The position numbers were made by a program, and so were the translations under genes. From Macrostomum hystrix (Eukaryota; Animalia; Platyhelminthes): a stretch of 64,000 nucleotides of DNA. The stretch covers positions 13,454,001-13,518,000 of the forward strand of contig CATNEN010000001.1 of NCBI GenBank assembly GCA_950097015.1, written 5' to 3'. The notes under the pieces were generated by a model. It did no database searches. It was not told the origin of the DNA and was given only the letters and a program-made list of their open reading frames with translations. How positions within the stretch are numbered: the stretch's first letter is position 1; each line of letters begins with the position of its first letter. Shown one piece after another: positions 10,544 to 21,330 of the stretch.

Positions 10544-13185
10544 GTGCTGCCTCCACGAAAAGCAAGGCATCGAAGACGACAGAAGAATGAGGATGCGCCC
10601 CATTTTCCGAAGGGTGATCCTTGGGCTTCAAGACCGAAAGAATGCAAACCCTCTTACTTAAGTGGAACACTTGTACCGAAGCGGCCCTTAAAGCGCAGCG
10701 GAATCCATCCTGCACCAATCCAAATCCGCGAATGTGTATCTCAGTCGGAAAGCGTTGCAAACGCTATGAAAGTGCATCTCGATCTATCCGATAAGAAGGA
10801 ACCATTCGTCTGCGTCAAAACTGACAACTGCGGCGAAGAAATTAAACCAGTTAACGACAGTTTGAACCCAGCTATCAGAAGGACACGTTTTGTTGTCGGC
10901 AATCTCAGCGATTCACCACATGTTTCGTTCGGTGACTGGCGTGAGCTTCTGGCAGAGCGATCACGGCAGATGGCGGTTGGTGAAACAATTAGCCGACTGC
11001 AGTTTGTCCAGCTCTTCCGCAAAACTATCCAGCAGGGAGCGACTGAGCAGAACATCCGCTCAGGATTCAGGAAGGTTGGGATCTTCCCGCGAAATCCTAA
11101 CGCATTGGCCTTCGAAAAACTGACCTACAAACACAAAGCTGCATTTCCGATCTATGCCGGGACGCCGGAAGCAGCAGCCAGCTATCCAAGCAGTGCTGCG
11201 CAACTGGGACAACGGCCAGAAAAAGCCAATCGCGCCTGCCAGACAGTATGCGGCTCAGTCGAGCAGTGCTTTGAGCATGTCCTTGGCTTTCAACTGCTGC
11301 AGCAATTAAAGACAGGTCCGTTGACAGACTCCGACCGTCCATGGAAGGATCTGCTGGACTTGTTGACAGGCAATGTCGACTGCTCACTTGCTAGCGAGGA
11401 GCACGTCTCACCCCCTCCTCTGCGGCATCTGTCAGCCACGACGTTTGCAGCAGCCTGAGAGCTCAGAGCCTGGACGACACCTGTGACACCCAGCCCATGG
11501 TTAACGAAAAAAGGATGGACACATTCCGAGCCTTCGAAAAGGCTCTCTTATTCCCTCTCTTATCCCGCCATTCCCTCTCTTATCCCGCCATTCCCTTTTA
11601 TCCCGCCATTCCCTCTCTTATCCCGCCATTCCCTCTCTTATCCCGCCATTCCCTCTTCTATTTCGCCATTCCTTCTCTTATTCCACCATTCCCTCTTTTA
11701 TTCCGCCATTCCCTCTTATCCCGCCATTCTCTCTTTTTTGTTTCCGCCATTCCCTCCCTTATCCCGCCATTCCCTCTTTTATTCCGCCATACCCTCTCTT
11801 ATCCCGCCATTCCCTTTCTTATCCCGCCATTCCCTCTCTTATCCCGCCATTCCCTTTTTTATTCCGTCATTCCCTCTCTTTTTCCGCCAACTTGTTTTCG
11901 GTTATTTCTCTATTTATCAATCATTCCCGAACTTTTTAATTTCTCAGTTCAGTCTTTGGAATGTAATATCGAGCCTTCTTGTAGTTTTTTACTGCATTTT
12001 GTACATATTGACAGTATTAAATTTGTAAACATTTCGTTCTATCATATATCAACAGGGCAATTCTCGCCAGCTTCATCGGTGTCGGATGCCTGCAGAGCCA
12101 CTGTCAACGACCTGCTAGCAGCGGCTCAAAGGCGCCCATCGACAAGGCCTAGACCAACTCGACGGCGCAAGTCTGTCTTTCAGGAGATACCGCATTACAA
12201 CTTAACTAGCAAATCAACCCTCTCTTATTTTAGAAATAGAGACCATCGCCGGAGAAACTTTTGGCAGGCAGCCAAGATCAGAAAGATCGTACGCGAAGAC
12301 AAGCTGAGGAGGTGTCGCGAACAACTAGCTGCCAAGCAGAAGGGCGCAGTTCACAGGTTGGCATCCAGTACCGCTCAGCCTGTCAGAATGCCGGAGTCCG
12401 ATGCCATCGCTGCGCTGACTTCAATTGCGGCAAGCCTCGAATGCCGGCTAGGAGACGTTGCCCGTCTGGGAAACTGCTTCTTCGAGAGCATCGAGAAGCT
12501 GCTGGCGGTCGAAGGCATCAAGGCGAACGCAAATGAACTGCGGCAAAAGGCTTGCGACTATCTGCTTGAAAATCCAACGATTGCTGGAGAGCCTGTGTCG
12601 CGTTTTCTGCAGGAGCCTTTCGATTCCTATCTGCGAAAAATGCGGTCTTTAAGTACATATGCTGATCATGTAATAATTCATTCACTCATCCATGCATTGA
12701 GCAGGGAGATCAGCATCTATCAGCCTGATGCAGTGGTGCTGATCCTGATCAAGCCGCAGTCAGCAACCGGAGCTCAGTAAAGGGTGGCCGACATCCCCGA
12801 GGCCCACTACATGCCACTTTTGCCACTCGAGTGCACGCTACCATCCGAATCATCGCCTGGTCTCACTGTGGACGGATGGGCGCTCGTAGCAGTACAAGCG
12901 ATGCGTGCTGGAAGGTCCAGCAAGGCCTCTAGCTGCCAGTTCTACACTTGCCGTGTACTACAGCCTGCCAATGGTCATGCGCGAGTGTCTGCTTGTCGCG
13001 ATACTCTGTCCGGCTGGTTAGCGGGAGGCATGAAGCCATTTATTTTTCCATGCCCAAATGACATCTTCGATGCGGCCGAATCTGAGCTGTGTGCCTTGCC
13101 AGCACCCCATGGACCACGGTACGGCAGAGAACACGGCTTCCTGTGGGACAAGGCTACCCTGATCACGGCGCGCAACTGCATTTAG
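10544..13185 (+). pseudogene. pogo/Tigger (DDE_1)-like transposase relic fused to an OTU-like cysteine protease domain
   Basis: NIRSGFRKVGIFPRNPNAL and RRRKS..HYNLTS are typical of pogo-like C-termini. OTU-like motifs: GNCFFESI (Cys 12475-12477), ELRQKACDYL, YLRKM, TYADHVII and AHY (His 12805-12807). Frameshift near 11460 and in-frame TAA at 12778-12780. Confidence 0.65.
11550..11888. repeat. ~20-bp minisatellite (ATCCCGCCATTCCCTCTCTT)n
   Basis: Direct reading, ~17 degenerate units; probably intronic (acceptor-like tcaacag near 12056). Confidence 0.9.
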
Positions 13186-13349
13186 CTTTCCAGCAAATCA
13201 GTGAGCTTTTAAAAATTTTATACATTCTATCACGTTAATTTCATCACTTTAAGTCATCCAAAGTTTTCATTTTCTGCTTTCATCTCAGATTGTATTGTTC
13301 TATTTAATTTGTTCTATAATTGCCTTTCATGCTTTTCCGTATCCCTGTC

Positions 13350-13458
13350 AACTGTCATTCCCATCCTCTATTACCTGTCATTCTCATCCTCTATTACATG
13401 TCATTCCCATCCTCTATTACCTGTCATTACCATCCTCTATTACCTGTCATTCCCATCC
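13350..13458. repeat. 23-bp tandem repeat (CTGTCATTCCCATCCTCTATTAC) x~4.5
   Basis: Direct reading. Confidence 0.9.
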
Positions 13459-13940
13459 CGCCAATGGGACGCAGGTTTTTATTAACATCACTTTTTCGCG
13501 GTTTTATATTTTTTCGTGTAGTACACGTGACTCGTGGTTGCAGAAAAATATTATTTCACCTTTAACATGTCTAGTTGCTCTGAAATTTGGAAATATTGCT
13601 TGCATCTTTTTCAAAATTTTCTACAAAAAATTTAGTGGCGAAGATTAATTCGCCATGTGCTACTATAAGTAGAAACGATAGGATACTGTTTCAGTCACAT
13701 CCTATAGCTCATTCCTTCCGAAAGACCTGCACATGTAGACTGCAAATTAATTATAACACTCTGCATGACAACTTAGTGTAATAGCTAGCCACTATATAAA
13801 ACATGGTTGCTTCTAACTTCTGTTTCCTCTAAATTTTTCATAGAGTACAGGGACTCAAAATTCGTCGAGATCAATCAGGATTAAGGAAGGTACCAAAATC
13901 GATTCCGTGCCTTCCCTAGATTCCCAAGATTCCCAAGATT

Positions 13941-14110
13941 AGTAGGGTGAGAGGGAGATCAGTAGGCTGAGAGGGAGAGCAGGTAGGGTGAGAGGGGATC
14001 AGGTAGGGTGAGAGGGAGATCAGTAGGGTGTGAGGGAGAGCAGTAGGGTGAGGAAGTGTGGTAGTGAGATGCAGTAGAGTGAGAGGAAGTGGGGTAGTGA
14101 GATGCAGTAG
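13941..14110. repeat. Degenerate purine-rich ~20-bp/39-bp repeat (CAGTAGGGTGAGAGGGAGA..)
   Basis: Direct reading. Confidence 0.85.
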
Positions 14111-14466
14111 ATTTCGCAGGTAATCCGAGTTTAATTGTATTTACGAATGTTCCCAGGTGTACAGGGAAGTTTTAGTTAATTTCCATTAATGGCATGATAA
14201 GTCAGAAAGAGATCATAGAAAAGAATTGAGAATTTTTAAGCAGAAAGAATTAAAATTTTTAGTTTCGCATTAGTGGATTTCTCTCGTAGGCACCAGTTAA
14301 GTTTGGCATGCTTAGTCACTCTTTAACTGACAATATATTTATAGACATTTATTTAACGATTTGTATTAGTAAATTAAAAAGTTTGAAACCATGAAATGAA
14401 ATAAGCCTTCATCCCGCATGTGTTCAGTCGGTATACAACATATAAAAATTTAAAGCTCAGTTTAAT

Positions 14467-14770
14467 GACAATCCCAGATCCTCAGTTTGGTGACAATCCC
14501 AGATCCTCAGTTTGGTGACAATCCCAGATTCCCCAGTTTGGTGACATTCAGTCCATGACAACTGAATAACAAAACAACGAAACTAATTCACTAAGGTGAC
14601 TGCCAATCGCCCAGTTTATTGACTGTCAATCAGCCAGTTTATTGAATGCCAATCCACCAGTTTATATTTTTTAAACAATATTGTTTTTGTTCCACAATCC
14701 TCAGTTTGGTGACAATCAGTCCATGACAACGGAATAAAAAAACAACGAAACTAATTCACTAAGTTGACTT
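14467..14770. repeat. 25-bp tandem repeat x3 and a ~70-bp direct duplication in the HES 3' flank
   Basis: gacaatcccagatcctcagtttggt is repeated; cagtttggtgaca..tcagtccatgacaac...aattcactaag occurs at ~14534 and ~14703. Confidence 0.85.
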
Positions 14771-14800
14771 GGAATGCCGCATGCAGTTGCTAGGGGCCGG

Positions 14801-15244
14801 TTACCAAGGACGCCACACAGGCTGGGCTCCCTCCTGGCAATGGTGCCGCTGGAACTGGCGATTATCCATTGTAGAGAGCGGCCTGTGTGATGGACCCGAC
14901 AGGCCCTCTTTGATCTGTCCGAGGCACTGCTGAAGCTGCTGCAGCTGCTGATGCTGGTCCATCGACTGGCTAGATTCTTCGTCAGTAGACAAAGCCGACA
15001 CCGTTGATGAGGACGAAGACTTGCAGCAGAAGCCCATGGCCGCAGATTGAGTCTTGGCTGAGCCATTCTGCAGCAGCTCCACAGTCAGCTCCAGGATGTC
15101 GGCCTTCTCTAGGCGCTGAATCCGGTACGGTTTTACCACCTTGTTGGCCTGCAGCAGCTGTATGCGTTTTTCGAAGCTGGAATTAATTCTGGCTCTGCGC
15201 TGCCGCTCCGTCACCTGCTTGTTGAATCTCCTATGCTCCATCAA
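14801..15244 (-). CDS. hes: Hairy/Enhancer-of-split (HES) bHLH repressor, intronless, 147 aa
   Basis: bHLH RRFNKQVTERQRRARINSSF...RLEKADILELTV and a terminal WRPW Groucho-binding tetrapeptide. Confidence 0.93.
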   Translation of the reverse strand: MMEHRRFNKQVTERQRRARINSSFEKRIQLLQANKVVKPYRIQRLEKADILELTVELLQNGSAKTQSAAMGFCCKSSSSSTVSALSTDEESSQSMDQHQQLQQLQQCLGQIKEGLSGPSHRPLSTMDNRQFQRHHCQEGAQPVWRPW

Positions 15245-15251
15245 CTCTACT

Positions 15252-16862
15252 GGGCGTGTGGTTAGTGTGTTTTTTTAATTTGGAGCTCGAAATTTCGCCA
15301 TCGACCGGCCGCCGCACGAGTTAATAAGTACCCCCACCGCCAACCCCCGGCTTCCTGTTTCCTCCATCCCCGCTTCACTCGTGAAATGAATTCTGTTCTA
15401 TAATTCCCATCTGTAGTTTTAGCTGTCATGTTCAGCCTAGATTCTCCTAAATGTACTTTATCTCTAAAAACAAACCTCATAAGTAAACAAGAAATATCAC
15501 CATATTGTTTCAATAAGTTAACTATTGTTTCAAGCATTTATAATTGCTAGGAATTTCAGCCATGTCATAATTATTTGAGTTGGCATTTGTATTTAGAGTA
15601 TATGTTATATGAATATAGCAGCAAAGTGTGTTCTTATGAAGTTTGTGCATGTTTTAAATTAATTATGCACTGTAGCCATAGTTTTTACAGAAGGCACATT
15701 TTTACCTTTTTACCTTTAAGTCTCTTATAGCAGCTCAAGTTCTGTGTTTGTGTAAATTGGCAAAATTTGAAATGTCAACTAGGGATAAAAAGAGGGCCTC
15801 AGTTTAATCAATATTCATAAAGGCATTCAGAACAAGATTACTTTATTCACAGTTAGTCAATCATGTCTTTTTGGTTGGAACTCAGCAGGCTGTTGTTGAT
15901 TGTTGGCCATTCAGCTTCAACACCAGACTCAGATTCTTGGAACTCCTTGTCCTGTTAGATAGGCTCTCCTTGTCCTGTTAGGTGTGAGAGGTGAGACAGT
16001 TGGTTTGCTGTTTTTATTTAGATCTATAGCTAGGCAAGAAGGGGCAGAAGGCTGATAAGAGCTGATAGAGGAATGTTAGCTATAGGTTAAATAGGACCAC
16101 AATTGAGGGAATTATACAGAGCTGATATGAACTATGTACGGGGCTTAAGCATAAATGTAAAGTGTAGCTGAATGTAGGATAAACAGCTAAACAATTCACA
16201 TATAGGGGCTGACATAGATGCGTACTGTAAGGTGACTAAGCTTCTGATCTCGGTACAAGAGCTGACAGCTCAAGTGTACACTCTGTACATCAGATGACTC
16301 AGTGAAGATAGCTAGCAATGCCACAATTCTAGCTAGTGTTATAAAGACCTGGGGAAAATAGTGTTCATAAATAAATAGTCATTAGCTAGAGGAATAGAGG
16401 AGGAGGAGAGGAGAGGAGAGAAGAGAGAAGAGAAGAGCAGAGAGGAGAGGAGAGAAAAGGAGAGGAGAGGAGAGAAGAGCAGAGAAGAGAAGAGGAGAGG
16501 AAAGGAGAGGAGAAGAATAGGGAGGAGGAGGAGAGGAGAGAAAAGGAGGGAGGAGGAGAGAAGAGGAGAAGAGGAGAGGAGAGGCGAGAAGAGGACAGGA
16601 GAGAATTTATGCTAAGTTTTACCATCCTTTTAACTGCTTTCACTTTCTTGAATCCTTAATTCCTTTCAGGCTCTTCAATCATTTGTAGCCACATTTCACT
16701 TCTCTTTAGAGCTTTCAGCTAAAATGCCTCTGACATCATCCATGAGCAATGAGCTGCAGCTCAGGAGCATTGAGCTAAAAGCTAGGTTTCTCTAGATAGT
16801 GAAACCAAGCTATACACTATTACCATCCTTTTAACTACCTTAAATCTATTTTAACCTTTTTA
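15252..16862. repeat. Segmental duplicate (copy 2) of 3178-5451
   Basis: Colinear near-identity, ending exactly at the TA of the mariner insertion. Confidence 0.95.
15305..15390 (-). promoter_or_regulatory. HES proximal promoter with two N-boxes flanking a TATA-like element
   Basis: CACGAG at 15315-15320 and CTCGTG at 15378-15383, with TTATTAA (minus strand) between them. Both boxes are conserved in copy 1 (3241-3246, 3307-3312). Confidence 0.5.
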
Positions 16863-17815
16863 TTCCGGGTGTCCGGAAAGTCATGAGAAAACTACAAAAG
16901 GTTAATTATAAAAACGCGCAGAACAGTGAAACTTTACTAATCAGTAATGTAATTTCCCCTGAAGTCAATCACAGCTTGGCAGTGCTCCACGAGCCGTAGA
17001 ACCTCGCGTTTCAAGCAGTTTGCATCCAGACCCCTCGCCCACTGCAACGCGGCCTCGCGGACCTCATCGTGGCTGCTGAACTCCCGCTTCGAGAAGTCCG
17101 ATTTCAGCCAATTGAAGAAAAAACGGTCGCATAAATTGAAATCAGGGCTGTAGGGACTCTGAAAAAGCAGTTGATCTCCACGAGTCTCCATGTACTGCTG
17201 CACAGGCTGGGCCACATGAGGTCGTGCGTTGTCCCACTGCCACAATACTCCGGACAAATGAATTGGCTGTGATCTGAGGCTCCGCCATAGGTCACCTGTG
17301 TGTCGAACGAATTCAACGATGCGATTGGCATCAACAGTCTGCTTTGGCGCCGTTGACATGATAGAGAATCTCTTGCTTGGGGTGAAAGCGACTACCAGCA
17401 TTGTCTTTGAGTCCCCGACTGAGTGTCTCACAACTTGAGGTCGATGGTCGCCTTGACCCAGCCAGCACCGGTTGTTCTGCCGTGTACCAGTGTTTTTAAG
17501 GTACACCCACGTCTCGTTCTCCACCACGTACTTGTTGCAGAAGCTGGTCATGCCCTCGGTATGAAAAATCCGACGTATTTGCTTGGCACAATTGACGCGA
17601 GCAACCTTGTTCTCTTCGGAGAGAACATGCGGGACCCACACGGCAGACACATTGCGAAGTTGCAGGTCTTCAGTCAATATTTCATGCACTGTTGATTTCC
17701 CAACCTCCATGAAGTCAGCAAGATCTCTGACACTCACTTTTGGGTCTTCTTTCACGAGATTTCTGCAGGTCTCGATCGGCTCTGGTGTTCTCGTCGATCT
17801 CGGCCGGCCAGTACG
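16863..17815 (-). mobile_element. 5'-truncated mariner (DD34D) transposon; transposase ORF 16937-17755
   Basis: GRP, WVPHVL, (N)ETW, WDNARPH and YSPDFNLCD, with 34 residues between D2 and D3. The first catalytic Asp is Asn. TIR ttccgggtgtccggaaag follows TA at 16861-16862. Confidence 0.93.
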
Positions 17816-18005
17816 GATTCAGACTCTGGTTTAGCCATGATTCAAGCTCTGGTTTAGCCATGATTCAGACTCTGGCTTAGAATGATTCAAACTCTGGTTT
17901 AGCCTTGATTCAAACGCTGGTTTTGCCATGAGAACTAATTTACCCAGCAGCAGAGAACTAATTCCCCCAGCAGCAGAGAACTAATTCCCCCGAATTAGAG
18001 AACTA
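17816..18005. repeat. 24-bp (AGACTCTGGTTTAGCCATGATTC-like) and 23-bp (GAGAACTAATTCCCCCAGCAGCA) short arrays
   Basis: Direct reading. Confidence 0.85.
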
Positions 18006-18142
18006 TAACGAAATTTTCAAGGTCTCATGCCAGTAAAATTTGGCATGTTTAGCAAAAAACGCGATCAAATTTGGTTGAGGCATATAGCCTGTGTATCGAA
18101 ATTCTACAGACAGACAGACTTTAGAGTTTTAGTATAGTTGGA

Positions 18143-18327
18143 TTAGATTTTCATACTAGATTCTCATCCTAGATTCTTATCTTAGATTTTCATCTTAGAT
18201 TCTCATCCTAGATTCTCATCCTAGATTCTCATTCTAGATTGTCATCTTAGATTTTTATCTTAGATTCTCATCCAAGATTTTCATCTTAGATTCTCATCCT
18301 ACATTCTCATCCTAGCCTAGATTCTCC
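18143..18327. repeat. 13-bp minisatellite (TAGATTCTCATCC)n
   Basis: ~14 units; runs into a short third copy of the HES-spacer sequence (agcctagattctcccaaatgtg). Confidence 0.9.
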
Positions 18328-19489
18328 CAAATGTGTCTTATATAAAAACAAAACTCATCAAGCAGCTCACTTATAACTCATCTCTTATCTTTCAACTGTC
18401 TCGTCTCTCACCAGGGGAAAGATGCGAAACATTGTAAAGACAGAAAGACAAAAACATGTTTTCCGTTTAAAAATGTACTTTATTTCGGAAGCTAGGCCTT
18501 TTGACATTGATAGCTTCCAGTCTTTTTTCAATTTCTTCTCGTCGTGGCTCGTAGGCATGACGGCAATCTAGGGAATTAAATATTAGTCAGCCTCCTTTCT
18601 TGGTTTGATCGTCAGGGTCTTTTGTTAACCGAGATGGAGGCCCTTCCCTGCCGCAGCAGCAAGCATAGCCTATGCTCTTGAGAACATTTAGGAATTATGA
18701 AGTGGTGTTGATTACCCGAGACAAATTTTTAATAATTTCCTTTGTTTAATAGGGCTAAGTGATATCACTTGTTTATTTAATTATGCTTGCTGCTGAAGAA
18801 CCAAGTCGAAGCCACTATCGCATGTCAAATATAGGTTTAAAAAATGTAGAAAAGAACAGTGCAGGTACGTGCTAGATGTGCGAGGAATGGATATTTCCCA
18901 ACGGTGTTACACACTAGTTCGGAAAAGTGTCATATATAATTTTTTAATCAAATAACTCACAACTAAGCTTAGGAAATTGTAATATTATGTTCTGTTATGT
19001 TATTTTTGTTTAATTTAGTATAATTTGTTTTACTTTAGACCTATTTATTCCAGTTTTTAATTCGAAAAATACAGTAAACTATGTAAAACTCCATGTCAAA
19101 AAAATATGGCAGCCTAGTTCCCTGTCTATAAAAACGTGTACTATATGTACATTTCTTATTGCTTCTATGTTTTATTCAGCTACTCATCCGTTATACTGAT
19201 TGCACAACCGTTATTTCTAGTTTCTAAACAGTTTTGACGGAATTTTAAAGGTTCCTAGCATGTCCTACAAAATATGTGTCATCTGAGCGACGCTAGACAT
19301 GCATAAATTGAAGTCAGATATTTAAGCTATGGAAAGTGTATTAAACAAAGGCATTGGCTTAAATAATTGTCATGCTGTAGAGTCTATTAGAATGCTGGTC
19401 TCACCCTGTGACTTGTTGAGGAATATAGTTTTTTCACAACCTCAAACATTTTTACGTTTTTTCGTATACAGTTTTTTATACAAACTGAG

Positions 19490-21330
19490 CAGACAACCCC
19501 CGAGCCCGACGCGATGAGCAGGTTGTTCACAGACGGAACCTGCTGTTGGTCCCAAGCGCCGACTACGCTCTCTCAGATCCGGAACTCGACGCTAGACCGC
19601 GAAAACGACGCCGAGGCTCTGCAGACGGCCCAGGACCCGCGACCCTGCCGACTGTCTGTGAAGGCCCGGATGACTCCGACGACGAGGAAGAAGAGCGACC
19701 CCTCGGGCGGTGGTACTTCCGACAACCATCGACTATGGAGATCCCGCCTGGAGAAGGTCCCACGACAGCACCGACTAATCAGGCGAGTAATCCTCGGTGT
19801 GATCCACTGCCGTATGGTGATCGCCAGGTTTCTCTGTCTGAAATGAGTGTGTCTGTTCCTGCTCTTTCTCCCTCTGTTTCTCTTCCACCTCCTGAGCCTC
19901 CCTCTCTTGGTGCTCAGAAAGGGGATGTTTCTTTGCCAATTGCCCCCGATGAACCTGAACCTCTGGGTTTTCATAGGCCCATAACGGATCGTAGGCAGCC
20001 TGATCGGCTAGTTTTAGATCCTAGAGCGAAAACCTATGTTAGCGGTGTAGCCCGCAGAGTTCGTCGCCTCTTAACCTATTCCAGCTCGACGATGCTCCCG
20101 GCGAAGCGCCAGCATTCCCAACGGCATGACTCGTCCGATGACGAGAGGCCAGAAGGTCGACGCCTGCGGAGCCATGCAAACTCGACACCTGTGATGGTGA
20201 GAGCGATTGGCGCGGAAGCCGGCCAGTATGAGCCATTAGGAGGCCCGAGAAATGCGGCAAGTATCCCGGTGCATCTCCGGGTGGGCCACCCGTCAGCGCG
20301 CCGCGCGGCGCAAGAAAACATATCTATCGCCGAACCGCGCTCGCGCATCAACCACCCGAACCGCCGGTTAAGTTACGCGGTCGTCCGGCCCAATCCATCG
20401 GCGGAGAACAGCGATCCGGTACTGCAAGAGATTCGCCGCATCCGCTGGGCTTAAGAGTCAACGGCTCCAACGGCAGCAACGGCCGTAGTTCGGCGACCAC
20501 TGTCACCGTTGTATCCAAATGCTGGACAGGCCGTGCCGGCGAGCCGTGCGCTTGAACCCCGCCTGCCTTTTCAGGTTAAGGTCGAGGCCGTAACGCCACC
20601 GCGGACGCCGCCCTCACCAGCTCCGGGAATGCGGCTGCTGACTGCACCGCCGACTCTCCGTGATGGAAGCACCATGACCAACGATCAGGTCCAAACTGCC
20701 AAGCTGTGCAACACTGCCGCGCACGAGCTGGCAGAGATTATCGCAGATGCGGCCGAGTATGATGTGGCGATCAATTACCACAGCTGGCCGCTACTCCAAT
20801 CGATCCGGACGCTTGGCGTTGGCGATCATCAGGCCATTTTGGACGCTGCCCTGGACCTGGCACGCCCCCGTCTGCGGCCCGCTAGTTACCCGGTCGCCGC
20901 GTGGGCAGCTGCTGAAGGGTTCGCCAAGGCCGTTACAACTCGACCAAGGGTGCCCGACGCCCACTTTTTCCTAAATGGGGTTGAGGCCGCTCATTGGCAT
21001 TGAGTAATCTGTATTAAAGGGCATCCCTTTAACCACCTCAAGGGCTCTGCCGCAGCTTTAACAACTATCATTTTCATGACCCACGCTAAAACTTGACATT
21101 TTAATCCCCTTTTTTTATTTTCTGACTGTTTAACTCCCATTAGTTTTCTTTTCTTTGATATCCTAGTTTATCCTTAGTTCGCTAAAAATATTGTGGGTGA
21201 CAATCGCCTGTTTTGGTTGATTGCTCCCCCTTTTTGTTTTTGTGTGACGCAAGTTGCCGGGCAATCTGCCCTTTTGTTTTAAAGCTCTCTAATACATCCC
21301 CTTTGTTAATTTTGAAGTGGGTGGGTCTTT
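19490..21330 (+). mobile_element. 3' part of a Gypsy-like LTR retrotransposon (post-integrase pol tail, extra ORF 20509-21003, 3' UTR, PPT)
   Basis: RRDEQVVHRRNLLLVP is typical of integrase C-terminal tails, followed by a Pro/Arg-rich tail (ORF to 20454) and a PPT-like ttttgaagtgggtggg at ~21310. Confidence 0.6.
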
